Source: an uncultured Planctomycetaceae bacterium (GTDB lineage: Bacteria; Planctomycetota; Planctomycetia; Planctomycetales; Planctomycetaceae). Taken from it: 64,000 bases of DNA. Position 1 is the first letter of the stretch; each line of letters begins with the position of its first letter. Location of the stretch: the NCBI GenBank assembly GCA_963815195.1, contig CAWFGE010000015.1, positions 416,001-480,000 of the forward strand, in the 5' to 3' direction. Below are positions 10,503-20,794 of the stretch, in pieces. The translations under genes were made by a program, and so were the position numbers. The notes under the pieces are model-generated. The model was not told the origin of the DNA. It was given only the letters and a program-made list of their open reading frames with translations, and did no database searches.

Positions 10503-13500
10503 TTATTTGGTGCCGCTCTTTTCCGCGAGCCAGGGATCGATCCAGACGGGGTATTGGCTGGCCAGATTGTTGCTGTCGGTGAGGATTTTCAGATGCTTCA
10601 CCTCCGAGACATCTACGGAAAATGATTGGCTTTTGCCGGGGTCGCGGAGGGGGTCGGAGGTCCAGAGCACTTTGCCGTCCCCCACGATATGGAAGGTGGT
10701 CGAGACCCGCGTGCGGTCGGCTTTTCCGTTGTCGTCGATGCCGACCTCTCCCGCCAGCCGGGTGTACCGCAAGCCGAGCGCATACTCCACGGACGCGGGC
10801 GGTTGGGGCACGCCCGTGCGGGTCCACAGGGAATGCTTTTTCGGCTTTCCTCCAACGGAAACCGCCCGCCCCTCCAAATCGCCGGCGATGTTTTGTTTGA
10901 GGGGCGTCAAATCTTCGAGATAAATCCAGTCCCCGACTTCCGAATCTGTGGAAGATGGCCGTGAAGGAGGCCGGCGGTCGGGCGCTGTTGCTCCTCCGCC
11001 ACCACCGCCATTACCTCCACCTCCACCACCGCCATTACCTCCACCTCCACCACCGCCGCTACCTCCGCCTCCGCCGCTACCTCCGCGTTGGGGCGTTTGG
11101 GCGAGTTGATTCAACAATTGGCGGGCTCGATTGGCCGCCTTGGTGTGGGGATATTGCTTGACTACATCTTCCAGCCATTCTTTGCCCTTGTCGGTCTTGC
11201 CTTGATCCAATAGACCGATTGCGAGCCGGACGCGCTCCGCCGCCTGTTCTTCGTCCGTGCGATTATAAACGGGGGGCTCCTTTTGTTTTTCCTCCGGTTC
11301 CTCGTTTGCCGATTCACCGGGCGACTCGGCGGGCGGGGAATGCGGGGTCTGCGAGGGATTTCCCTCGGCGAGCACCGTCGTTTGCGGCGTGCTGCCGGGA
11401 ATGGGAACCGCGTCCGGGCCTGTCGTCCGTTCAAACTCGCAGACGAGCAGTTTGTCGTTCGGTTTGAGCTTGCCGGTGTAGTATTTCACCTCGCCGTCGT
11501 TCTTGACGGCCACGCGGAACTCCGTGGGGTCGGCCGCTCCGTGATTGGCGTAATGATGGGCCAGAACGCGGTACTTTCCGCGCGGGGCGGTGCCGAGCGG
11601 CCAATAGACATTCTCGACGGGTTCCTCGGACCACTCGCCCCCCGCGTTCATATCGACATCCAGTTCGCCGCCGCACCGCGATTTGCGGTGGCGAAAGTAG
11701 ATCACCTCTCCCGAAGGCGCCTGCACGTGGAGATCGATGTCGTTGATGTTGTCCCACAGCAGGGAAACCTGCACATCGCCGGATTTGGCTCCGGCCCGTT
11801 CGAGCCGACTGCGAAAGTCCTCGCGGGGAACGGAAGCTTCCGGTTTGACGGTCGCCGTTCCCTCGGCGTGGATCGCCCCTGGCGGAGCAGGGGTTGCAAA
11901 CGCCTTTGCCACTTCCGCAGGGTCTTCTCGGGTGGGTTTGAGTTTGATTTCGCCCAACGCGGCGGGTTCCTCCGCCGTGAAGCGGGCCGTTCTCTGCTCG
12001 GGCTGAAACCCCTTCGCCGAGATCGTGACCAGGGCTTCGCCGGGCGGGAATCCCGCGAGGCGAAATTCGCCCTCGTCGTTCGGCGAGCCCTTGACCGATA
12101 TGCCTTCCACATGGATGACAGCCTCCGGCAAGGGCCGGCCCGCTTCGCTGACGACCGAACCGACGACCGCCCCCGCCCCGCTGAGGACAATATCCACGTG
12201 CGTTTCTTCGCCCGGGCCCAGCGTTCTCGAAACGACGGCCGGTTGATAGCCCGACCGCGCCGCGTCCAGGTCGGTTTGAGCGGCGGGCAGGTTCTCGAAC
12301 CGAAACTCGCCCTTGTCGTTGGTATTGGTTTTCCGCGAACTGCCGGCGATTTGGACCAAAACCCCCGCGAGCGGCCGGTCTCCCGGACTCGCGACGACGG
12401 TGCCCGTCAGCACGGCGTCTCCCGTCAATCCGATGTCCACAAGAGACTCTTCGCCGGTCTTGAGTTCCGCCTCCTGCTCCCGGCTGGGATAGCCCGCGGC
12501 GGTGATTTTCAATTTCACCGGGCCGGCGGCGATGTCTTCCAGGCGGAACCGGCCCTCGGCATCGGTCGTCGTCTTTTGCGTGCTTCCCGCCACTTCCACC
12601 AAAGCCGCGGGGATTGCGGTTTTCGCAATCGCATCCTGGATCCGGCCCGATAGAATCGTGCCGCCTTTCAGTTCGACGTTGATCGTCGCTTCCCGGCCGG
12701 CTTCAAATGTCTGCGGCAGTTCCTCCTGCCGATAGCCGCGCCCCACCACTTGCACCGTTGCGGCCCGGGCGGGAATCTCGGCGAGCATAAATGTGCCGTC
12801 CGCGCCGGTTTTCGCCGAGAGGTCGGTCCCCGCAATCCGCACTTCCACGCCGGACACCGGTTTTTTTTCGACCGCATCGGTGACGCGGCCCTTCAACAGG
12901 CAATTGCCGACGAGGGCAATCTCCAACGGCCTGTCCTCGCCCGCCGCGCGAATCGTCTGCTGGAATTCCAGGAAACCGGAAGCCGCCGATTGCAGAGGAA
13001 ACTCGCCCGGCGGGAGTTTTTCCAGCCGGAATTCGCCCCGCTCGTTGGTGGTCGCGGTCAGGTTCAATCCCGGCACTTCGACTTTAACATTCGCGAGCGG
13101 TTGGCCGTCGGCCTTGGCCTTCACAAAGCCTCGCGCCGTCCCCGCTCCATACAAACCCACGCGGATCGGCGTGACATCCCGCTCGACCTGCCGATCCACA
13201 TGCTCCGCAAGGTAGCCCGCGGCTTGCACGGCGATCGCGGCATCTCCGTGGGGAAGGCCGGCGATTTCAAATCGGCCGTCGGCGGCGGTCTTGGCGGTCA
13301 GCGGCGTTCCCAGCAAAAACACCGCCGCCTCTGGAACCGGCCGGAGCGTCAGCGCATCAATCACCGTCCCCGCCAATTTCCCCGTCCCCGCCAATTCCAG
13401 CGTGACGCGCCCCGGCGACTTCTCCCCTAGCGTTTCTTTGCGGGCCTCGGTTTGAAAGCCCTCCGCCGAGACTTCCACCTCGACCGTTCCGGCGGGGACT

Positions 13501-14549
13501 TCGGGAATTTGGAACTCGCCCTGTTCATTGGTTGGCACCGTGAGGCCCCATCGCGGAAGGGACACGAGTGCCGCGGAAACGGGCCTCTGGTGAATGCGAT
13601 CGATCACCCGCCCCGCGAATGTCGCCGCCCCGCGGAGGGGCACGTCCAACGTGCGCTCGCTGGCTTGGGAGAGATCGGCCTTGCGCTTCTCGGCGAGAAA
13701 TCCCGGCGCGGCGATTTCGAACTCAGCGGAGTCCGGGGCGAGATGCTCGAGATGAAAACGGCCCTCGGCGTCGGTTTGGGTTTGCGTTTCCGTTCCCGTA
13801 AGTTTGACCGTGGCCCCGGCGATGGGCTTTTGTCCTGCGAGCGACACCACCCGGCCTTCGACCGCGACCAACGCCGGCGGACGCGTGAGCCAATAGCCCG
13901 CGCCGCCCGCCAATAGCACCAACAATAACAGGGCCGCGAGCAGTGGAACCGGAGACCGCGGCACCTTGAGTTTGGCCCCGCACCGGGGGCACGCCGGGCG
14001 GCTTTCCGTGAGGATCGCCAGCGTTTGGCAATCCGGATCTCGGCAGATCACCGGCTGGCCGCTTGCTGAGGTTTTGCGTTCATAACCCCAAAGCCAAACC
14101 AGCCGCCACAGCCCGGACGAGTCGAGATATTTGCAGAACACGCCCGCTCTCGCCGCCTTGTGCGGGTCGGACCGGAGTTGTTTCAGGCCGCCCAGCATCA
14201 CGTGCCTTAAGGCGCGTTCGGTCCCGGTGTGGGCGGGAGCGGCTTCCAGTTTTTGTTCGATCGCGTCGAATTCCTTGCGGAAGGCTCCTTGGCATTCCGC
14301 CGCGGTCAGGGGCAGGATGTTTTTCGGAATCACCCGTTCTCCGGCATCGGTCCGCAATTCATACCGGACGAGATTGCCGTCCCACTTGGGTTCCGCGAGG
14401 TACGAACCGAGCCATTTCCGCAAAATCCCGGCGTGCGCACCGCCGCGGTCCAAAAGTCCCATCCCGGGCTGAAGCGCCAATCGGCGAAAGTCCGCCGCCT
14501 GATCCGACAAATCGACTAAAACGACGGAATTCACGCTCATCACCCCCAC
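10503..14549 (-). CDS. Large multidomain membrane-anchored protein: SrfA-like N-domain, Zn ribbon, TM, 8 carboxypeptidase-regulatory-like (CarboxypepD_reg) repeats, YfaP/DUF2135-like domain, TPR-like hairpin, Gly linker, NPCBM/NEW2 domain
   Basis: Eight ~80-aa G.V.D....P...A.V...TD..G.F repeats; GDVQVSLLWDNINDIDLHV..GGELDVD..PVENVYW (YfaP-like); C-terminal IYLEDL..LAGEVGIDD..FHIVGDGKVLWTS..FSVDVS (NPCBM); CRDPDC..CPRC before the TM. Confidence 0.8.
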   Translation of the reverse strand: MGVMSVNSVVLVDLSDQAADFRRLALQPGMGLLDRGGAHAGILRKWLGSYLAEPKWDGNLVRYELRTDAGERVIPKNILPLTAAECQGAFRKEFDAIEQKLEAAPAHTGTERALRHVMLGGLKQLRSDPHKAARAGVFCKYLDSSGLWRLVWLWGYERKTSASGQPVICRDPDCQTLAILTESRPACPRCGAKLKVPRSPVPLLAALLLLVLLAGGAGYWLTRPPALVAVEGRVVSLAGQKPIAGATVKLTGTETQTQTDAEGRFHLEHLAPDSAEFEIAAPGFLAEKRKADLSQASERTLDVPLRGAATFAGRVIDRIHQRPVSAALVSLPRWGLTVPTNEQGEFQIPEVPAGTVEVEVSAEGFQTEARKETLGEKSPGRVTLELAGTGKLAGTVIDALTLRPVPEAAVFLLGTPLTAKTAADGRFEIAGLPHGDAAIAVQAAGYLAEHVDRQVERDVTPIRVGLYGAGTARGFVKAKADGQPLANVKVEVPGLNLTATTNERGEFRLEKLPPGEFPLQSAASGFLEFQQTIRAAGEDRPLEIALVGNCLLKGRVTDAVEKKPVSGVEVRIAGTDLSAKTGADGTFMLAEIPARAATVQVVGRGYRQEELPQTFEAGREATINVELKGGTILSGRIQDAIAKTAIPAALVEVAGSTQKTTTDAEGRFRLEDIAAGPVKLKITAAGYPSREQEAELKTGEESLVDIGLTGDAVLTGTVVASPGDRPLAGVLVQIAGSSRKTNTNDKGEFRFENLPAAQTDLDAARSGYQPAVVSRTLGPGEETHVDIVLSGAGAVVGSVVSEAGRPLPEAVIHVEGISVKGSPNDEGEFRLAGFPPGEALVTISAKGFQPEQRTARFTAEEPAALGEIKLKPTREDPAEVAKAFATPAPPGAIHAEGTATVKPEASVPREDFRSRLERAGAKSGDVQVSLLWDNINDIDLHVQAPSGEVIYFRHRKSRCGGELDVDMNAGGEWSEEPVENVYWPLGTAPRGKYRVLAHHYANHGAADPTEFRVAVKNDGEVKYYTGKLKPNDKLLVCEFERTTGPDAVPIPGSTPQTTVLAEGNPSQTPHSPPAESPGESANEEPEEKQKEPPVYNRTDEEQAAERVRLAIGLLDQGKTDKGKEWLEDVVKQYPHTKAANRARQLLNQLAQTPQRGGSGGGGGSGGGGGGGNGGGGGGGNGGGGGGATAPDRRPPSRPSSTDSEVGDWIYLEDLTPLKQNIAGDLEGRAVSVGGKPKKHSLWTRTGVPQPPASVEYALGLRYTRLAGEVGIDDNGKADRTRVSTTFHIVGDGKVLWTSDPLRDPGKSQSFSVDVSEVKHLKILTDSNNLASQYPVWIDPWLAEKSGTK
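10999..11070. repeat. 24-bp tandem repeat x3 encoding a Gly-rich linker (GN/SGGGGGG)
   Basis: ccaccaccgccattacctccacct twice exactly, plus a third degenerate copy. Confidence 0.85.
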
Positions 14550-14682
14550 GGATCGGCTCAGGAAACGCCCGCAGATATTGGAAGGGAATTTTCTGGTTTC
14601 CCTTAATTGTAACGGGTTTCAGACCAGATCTCACGACCTTTCCCGCAAATTGCCGGCGTTCCGGAAGCGGATCGTCATCCCA

Positions 14683-16173
14683 TCAATCGATCCGACACAG
14701 CTCCGCAGTTTGGGCTTCGTCCGGGGGAGCAAACAGGTAGCTCGCGAACGAGCCGATGAGAATCGTGGGCAGGCAGGCGATGGCTCCGTACCACAATTCG
14801 CCGACGCCGGCCCACATCGCGGCCGCGACCGAAACCAGGCCGCCCGCAAATCCGACGATCGCTCCGCCGGTGTTGGCCCGGCGGGAGAATATCCCCAAGA
14901 GGAACACGCCGAGCAGCATGCCCAGAAACGTGCCGGCGATGACCATCAACACGCGAAACACATTCCCCCCGACTTCGCGGAGGACCAGGGCCGTCAAAAT
15001 CGCCGCCACTCCAAACCCGGCACACAAGAGCCGGCTGACCCACAAACCGGGATGCCGGCCGGACAGCCAATCGCAGACCACCGAGGCGGTCAAACTGTTG
15101 ATTCCGCTGTCGATGCTGCTCATGGCGGCCGCAAACAAGCCCGCCAACAGCAGCCCCGCCAACCCGTATTGCGGAACCACGCTGACGATAAACCGCGGCA
15201 AGAGCTGGTCCTCTTTCCCCGCGGCCGCCAACTCCGCATAAGCCGGGTCGCCGGTTTGCTGATAATAAGCGAACAGCGCGCTGCCCACGAGGAAAAAGAT
15301 CAAGCAGACGGCGGTCACCATGATCCCGTTGACGACCAGCGATTTGCGGGCGGCGGCGATGCTGGGCATGGAAACGTACCGCTGCACCGCCGTGAAATGC
15401 ACCGCATGCCCCGCGAGATACACGAAAAACCCCGTCGCGCAAATGGACGCGAGGTTCGTCTTTTGCACCAAGCCTTCATAACTCCAATCGAGATGCACGA
15501 GCCGGGTTTTGCCGTGCTCCGTGCCGATGCTCCACACCGCCGCCCAGCCGCCGTCGATTTGATTCACCGCGGTTCCCAACACAATCAACATGCCGATCCC
15601 CAAGGCGAAGGCCTGGAGCGTATCGGTCCAGACGACGGCTTTCACGCCGCCGATGGTGGTGTAAAACGTCGCGAACATCCCCACCGCGACGAGCATCCAA
15701 GCGAGTTGGGAATCGGTGAGCCGCATGACTTCCTGCAGGATCTTCCCCACCGCGACGAGCATATTGCCCATCCAGCCGATTGTGTAGAACATGAACAACC
15801 CGCTCGCCAGCAGCCGCACGCTCCGGTGAAACCGCAGCTCCAGGTATTCGTAACAGCTCGTCACGCGGAGCTGGAAGTAGAGCGGAATGAACAGCCAGCA
15901 CACGATCGGCGTCACGATGAGCGGGATAAACAGGATCGCGATGAAGAACTGGTAGTCGTCGTAAGCGGCCTCGCGGGGCAGCCCCACAAACGACAGGGCG
16001 CTGAACGTCCCCGCGAAAATCGACAAGCCGATCGGCAGCCAGTGCATCGTTCGGCCGCCGACGAAATAGTCTTCGTTGTCGTGCTGCTCGCGGGCGAACC
16101 ACACCCCCACCGCGAACACGACCAGCAAATACGCCGCACAAATGGAAAGATCGAGAATCATAATCCCTGCCAT
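14683..16173 (-). CDS. Sodium:solute symporter (SSS/SLC5 family)
   Basis: DYFVGGR, GLSIFAGTFSALSFVGLP, YEYLELRF, GGVKAVVWTD, VQRY, AAMSSIDSGINS; multiple TMs. Confidence 0.93.
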   Translation of the reverse strand: MAGIMILDLSICAAYLLVVFAVGVWFAREQHDNEDYFVGGRTMHWLPIGLSIFAGTFSALSFVGLPREAAYDDYQFFIAILFIPLIVTPIVCWLFIPLYFQLRVTSCYEYLELRFHRSVRLLASGLFMFYTIGWMGNMLVAVGKILQEVMRLTDSQLAWMLVAVGMFATFYTTIGGVKAVVWTDTLQAFALGIGMLIVLGTAVNQIDGGWAAVWSIGTEHGKTRLVHLDWSYEGLVQKTNLASICATGFFVYLAGHAVHFTAVQRYVSMPSIAAARKSLVVNGIMVTAVCLIFFLVGSALFAYYQQTGDPAYAELAAAGKEDQLLPRFIVSVVPQYGLAGLLLAGLFAAAMSSIDSGINSLTASVVCDWLSGRHPGLWVSRLLCAGFGVAAILTALVLREVGGNVFRVLMVIAGTFLGMLLGVFLLGIFSRRANTGGAIVGFAGGLVSVAAAMWAGVGELWYGAIACLPTILIGSFASYLFAPPDEAQTAELCRID

Positions 16174-16355
16174 CGTAACCCGACGGCCGCCGATTCCGCT
16201 ACGCGCCCGCAAAGGGATCTTGCCGCCGCGACGGAAGATGCCCGAAGAAGGCGTTTGTCATTTTGTCCCTTTGGGGAAACCTCGCGTTGTAAAAATGCAA
16301 CGCGAATCATTCCCAAAACCCCGCAAATCCCGGCGCGGGACGGCGAAATGGCGAT

Positions 16356-16371
16356 CGGCACGGGTTTTGTA
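16356..16371 (+). promoter_or_regulatory. Possible sigma54-like -24/-12 element (variant) upstream of the small ORF
   Basis: CGGCACGGGTTTTGTA = GG-N10-GT, against the consensus TGGCACG-N4-TTGC. Confidence 0.3.
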
Positions 16372-16422
16372 GTCTCTCTGGACACAACGGCTTCACAGGC
16401 TCGACTCCGGGACGCTTTCGCT

Positions 16423-16569
16423 ATGAACCTGAAACACGTGGCTCTTTTGGCGGGTTTCGTCGCGCTGGTCATGCTGATCGCCGCCGGCGGGCACATTCAC
16501 GCCGGTCTGGTCTTGACGGTCACGCTGACGTTGCTCCTCTGCACGGTGGACTTGATTCCCGCCCGGTGA
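16423..16569 (+). CDS. Small two-helix membrane protein (48 aa)
   Basis: MNLKHVALLAGFVALVMLIAAGGHIHAGLVLTVTLTLLLCTVDLIPAR fills the gap between two minus-strand genes. Confidence 0.5.
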   Translation: MNLKHVALLAGFVALVMLIAAGGHIHAGLVLTVTLTLLLCTVDLIPAR

Positions 16570-16645
16570 GCCTGGGCCGGATTCATCACCAGAATCATGG
16601 GACGCCGCATCATGATTCTGTTGATTCGTCCCCCGGCGACATCCT

Positions 16646-17467
16646 TTATTCGGGAATCAAAATCTCGCCTTTGCCGAGTTCCAGGAAATCGCCCAGGTAG
16701 CGGTGATACTTGGCCTGGAAACAGTCCTCCGGAACGGGAAAACCCTGGCGGGCGAGTTCTCTCAGAAAAATCTGGAGGAACACGGGCTGAAACGTGCAGG
16801 CGTGGCGGAACGTGGGCAGCATGTCCGGCGGGTCGGACGGCGAAAACAGCCCGATCGTGCCTCGCCGCATGCTCGCACCGGGGCGGATGCCGCTCTCGCC
16901 GAAGATGAGCACCGAGCCGGCGATCATATTAAATCCCGTGGCGTCGCCGGCCTGTCCGCCGACGGCAATCAGCCCCCGCCGCATCGTGTGGCCGATTTCG
17001 TTGCCGGCGTTTCCGTGGATCAGGATCTCTCCACCCGTCATGCCCCGCCGGCCGCCGCGATAGACCGCTCCGACCAGATGCCCGGCATTACCCAGCACGC
17101 GAATTCGCCCGCCGTGCATCTCCGCCCCCACCCAATCGGCCGCGTTGCCTTCCACGAGAATCTCGCCGCCTGTCATCTCGGCACCCAGATGCATGCCCGC
17201 GTTTCCCGCCACGCGAACCCGTCCGCGCTTCCAATGGGTGCCGATGAGCTTGACCTTCGAGCAATCGCCTTCCCAGACGAGTTCCTCGTCCTCCGCTGCG
17301 GATCCTTGGACCCGAAAGAATTCGCCCAAGGGCAGTTGTTGGTTTCCGCGCTGAATGAGGATTCGCTTCACCTCGTCCGGAGTCTGGGATCGCACGGTGT
17401 CGAGTTGGACCGTGTCCACTTCCAGCGGAATGGCCGAGGGCTGGGTGAGAGTGAGCGTCAGAGGCAT
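16646..17467 (-). CDS. fhcC: Formylmethanofuran dehydrogenase subunit C / formyltransferase-hydrolase complex subunit C
   Basis: Gly-rich beta-helix repeats (GNAGMHLGAEMTGGEILVEGNAADWVGAEMHGG, GMTGGEILIHGNAG, MRRGLIAVGG); C-terminal GDFLELGKGEIL; start MPLTLTL. Confidence 0.92.
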   Translation of the reverse strand: MPLTLTLTQPSAIPLEVDTVQLDTVRSQTPDEVKRILIQRGNQQLPLGEFFRVQGSAAEDEELVWEGDCSKVKLIGTHWKRGRVRVAGNAGMHLGAEMTGGEILVEGNAADWVGAEMHGGRIRVLGNAGHLVGAVYRGGRRGMTGGEILIHGNAGNEIGHTMRRGLIAVGGQAGDATGFNMIAGSVLIFGESGIRPGASMRRGTIGLFSPSDPPDMLPTFRHACTFQPVFLQIFLRELARQGFPVPEDCFQAKYHRYLGDFLELGKGEILIPE

Positions 17468-17596
17468 AGCGGCCGAGGGGATCGATGAAAAAGGAAAGGG
17501 ATCGACCGTTTCATCAACGTCGATCCCCAAGTTTTCGATTTCTTCACGGATTCTAGCCGCGACGGGCCGCTTCGCCAAGCGTGGCCGGTGTACTTC

Positions 17597-18325
17597 TCAC
17601 GGAGCCGCCTGGGCGAGGACGACCTGATTGACCAGGCGGTCCAGGAACTTGCGGCTGGCGATGTATTCGTTGGGAGTCATGTCCCGGATGTGATCTTTCA
17701 AGACCGCTTGCATTTGCCGGGCGGCATCGTGAATTTTCTTGGTGTTGGATCGGCTGCCGGTGTCCGCCTGCAACTGCAACTCGTCTTCGATTTGCTTTCG
17801 GTAATCGGAGTAGATCGGGGCTTCCAGAGCTTCGGGCCACTGCAGATCGCCAGTCTGCGTGTCGAACTGGCTGGGAGGAAGGACTTCGGGTTTGCGGTTG
17901 CGGTTGTATTCCAGCCGTTTTTTCAGGCGGGCGTCGAACGCGGCCCGATCCTTGGCGTACTCGGCCTGGTTCCTGCGCCTCCGCTCCCAATAGGTATTGG
18001 TCCACTTCGCTTGGTTATCGAGATATTTGGAATAGGCGTCCTGGTTGTTGATGTGTGCCTGCGAGATGTTCTCCGCCGCTTGTCCCTGGGAGCGAATAAT
18101 ATCGGCCATTCCGCGCTGAGCCCCTTCCACCGGAGAGTAGCCTCCTCCATAGCCCCCATAACCGCCGTATCCCCCCATACCAGCTCCGTACATACCAGCT
18201 CCGTACATACCGCCTCCGAAACCAACGGCGCCAACCCCCGGCCGATACCAGCGGACTTGGGCCTCAGTCGATTCGGTGAACACCACCAGGCTCATCGCGG
18301 TGAAGAAGAAAGTCAGCACCTTCAT
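17597..18325 (-). CDS. Secreted planctomycete hypothetical protein with Gly/Tyr-rich N-terminal segment
   Basis: Signal peptide, GMYGAGMYGAGMGGYGGYGG, then a helical domain (GDLQWPEAL, EYIASRKFL). Confidence 0.7.
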   Translation of the reverse strand: MKVLTFFFTAMSLVVFTESTEAQVRWYRPGVGAVGFGGGMYGAGMYGAGMGGYGGYGGYGGGYSPVEGAQRGMADIIRSQGQAAENISQAHINNQDAYSKYLDNQAKWTNTYWERRRRNQAEYAKDRAAFDARLKKRLEYNRNRKPEVLPPSQFDTQTGDLQWPEALEAPIYSDYRKQIEDELQLQADTGSRSNTKKIHDAARQMQAVLKDHIRDMTPNEYIASRKFLDRLVNQVVLAQAAP

Positions 18326-18569
18326 GGGGTCGCTATTCCGGTTTTGGGTAAGTGGACCATCAAGTCGAACAAAGCGTGCATCAACCAGAGTATTATAAAC
18401 CGGAGGCTTCGCAATTCATCCGAAATTCGCCAATTCTCTGGTGGAATCTCTTCCGGCAATCTGGCTAAAATGCAAAAGTAACGAAAACTCTCTCTTTCTG
18501 TTGTATCGAGCAAATTCCCAAACATCAACTTGAATCTGACGATTTCCCAATTTGGCCTTGGAGACTTTC

Positions 18570-20632
18570 ATGTTGAAATTGCTGCGTTTCTCACTGTTTT
18601 TGGCGGGAACGGTCTCGGCTGCTGTCGCCTCGGCACAGACGAACAGCGCCGCACGCGAGCGCGCCTTAGCCTTGGTCGGGAAATTGGAGAAGACCGAAGC
18701 TGGCGAACAATTTCAGGCGGTGGCGGATTTGGGCGATCTGGGGCCGCTCGCCAAGCCCGCGGTGCCCGCGCTGGTCAAAACCCTCAAATCCAGCAAAGAT
18801 TTGGCGCTTAAGCATGAGATTCTAATTGCCCTGGGACGGATCGGCGCCCCGGCCGCCGAAGCCGTGCCCGCAATCGCCGGCTTCCTCGATAATGATTCCC
18901 CCGTGCTCCAATACGAGGCCGTTCACGCCTTGCGGAAAATTGGACCCGATGCGAAAGCCGCTCTGCCACAACTGACCGAATTGATGAAATCCGACAAGCC
19001 CATCGTCGCCGTTCCGGCCGCCTGGGCCGTTGTGGTGATCGGCAACAAACCGGACGACCGCGGCGAGGCAGTGCCCGTGCTGATGTCCGGATTGGGCAAC
19101 CAGGATTTGAGCGTGGTGAGCGACGCCGAAATGGGCCTGGGTTCCGTGGGCAAGGATGCGATTTCCGGTCTCGCATCGCGCGTCCGGGGAGACAACCCCG
19201 ATGTCGCGAGTCATGCGGCGGACGCTTTGGGAATGATGGGACCCGAAGGCGAAGCCGGCATTCCCGCGTTGGTGTCCGCGCTGGGCCATTCGAACGCGGC
19301 CGTGGTTTCACACGCGGCTCAGGCCTTGGGCAACATCTCGCTACGGCCGGACGCCGTGGTCCCGGCGTTGGCCAATAAACTCCAGGACGCCACGAACGAA
19401 GTGCAAATGGCCGCCGCACTGGGTTTGGGCGGATACGGACCCGCGGCCAAAGACGCCGTCCCGCAATTGGCCGCCGCACTCTCGGATGATGCCGTGGAAG
19501 TCCGCGTGGCGGCGGCGCGGGCCTTGGCGTCCATCGGCCCGGACGCCAAACAGGCGGTTCCCCAGTTGAACAAGGCCCTCGATGATTCGGCGGGGATCGT
19601 GACATTTTCCGCCGCCGAGGCTTTGGGAGCCATCAAAGGCCCCGCGGTCGAGGTGCTGGCGAACCGCTTGGACGATCCCGCGTTCCTGCCTCTGGCGGCC
19701 GCCGTGTTGGGACACATCGGCCCCGACGCGAAAGCCGCGGTCCCGGCCCTCGTCAAACGTCTTTCCACGAAGGAACCCGAATCGCAAATGGAAGTGCTGC
19801 TGGCGCTCGGTGCGATCGGCCCCGATGCCAAAGCCGCCACCGAACCGCTTTTGGATCTCGCGAAAAATGGAGAGGGCCTTGCCCGCCGGGGAGCCGTTTA
19901 CGCCCTCGCGAAAATCGGCGCGAAACAAGCGGTCCCGCTGCTCCAACAGACCGTGAAGGAGACCGCGGACCCCTTGTTGCAGCGTGTCAGCGCCTGGGCT
20001 TTGGTGATGATCGATCCCCAAAATCCAGCGTACGTGAAGCAGGCGCTGCCGCATTTGACGGCGGGATTGTCGGACGAGAGGCCGCTGGTTCGCCGAGAGT
20101 GCGCGGTCGCCATTCAGAAGCTGGGGCCTCAAGCGAAAGTGGCCATTCCCGAACTGCGGATGGCCCTCGCATCCTCCGACGCGGACGTGCAGGCGGAAAT
20201 CCTCGATGCGCTGGTTCAAATCGGCCCCGAAGCAAAAGCTGCGATTCCCGAAGCCGTGAAACTCCTGAGTAGCCCCGATCCACAGGTCCGAAACACGGCG
20301 ATCTTTTTTCTCGGAACGCTCGGCAAGGCGGCTGAAGATGCCGCACCCGCACTGGAGCAATTCGCCCAAGGCCAGGACGAGTTCGGCCGCGCGGTCGCGG
20401 CCTGGGCGTTGGTCCGCATCAATCCCAACCCCCAACACGTCCAGCAGGCGATTCCCCTGATGATCAAAGCCTTGGATCATAGCGTGCCCGCGGTCCGGGC
20501 CAAGGCGGCGGAAACGCTGGGGCAAATCGGCCAAGGCAGCGCCCGGCCAAAGCCGCGCTGCAAAAAGCCACCCAGGACGACGACGAAACCGTCCGCAAAG
20601 CCGCCGAAAAAGCCCTCGCGGAGATCATGTGA
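18570..20632 (+). CDS. Secreted HEAT/PBS-lyase repeat protein; frameshift near 20545
   Basis: Signal peptide and many ALG.IGP.AK.AVP.L repeats. The last repeat resumes in another frame (AKAALQKATQDDDETVRKAAEKALAEIM*). Confidence 0.88.
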
Positions 20633-20724
20633 TCTGTTCGGAGCGGCCGGACGAGGTTGACGTTCCGCAACGCCGCGTGGCGTTTTCGTCACACAGGATC
20701 GCGGTGCGGCCCGTCCCTGTGCCC

Positions 20725-20739
20725 CGGCATGGAAGTTGC
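20725..20739 (+). promoter_or_regulatory. Putative sigma54 (-24/-12) promoter
   Basis: CGGCATGGAAGTTGC: GG-N10-GC with TTGC, about 55 nt upstream of ATG 20795. Confidence 0.45.
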
Positions 20740-20794
20740 CCGTGCATTGCATCTGATTGACGGCTCAGAATCTCGTACAAGAATCGCAACGCCG

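Noticed and set aside
14578..16569. 663-aa plus-strand ORF
   Set aside because: Antisense shadow of the SSS symporter in GC-rich DNA; only its last 48 codons look like a real small gene.
18150..18215. 15-bp repeat (cataccagctccgta) as a non-coding repeat element
   Set aside because: It simply encodes the GMYGA low-complexity segment of a secreted protein.
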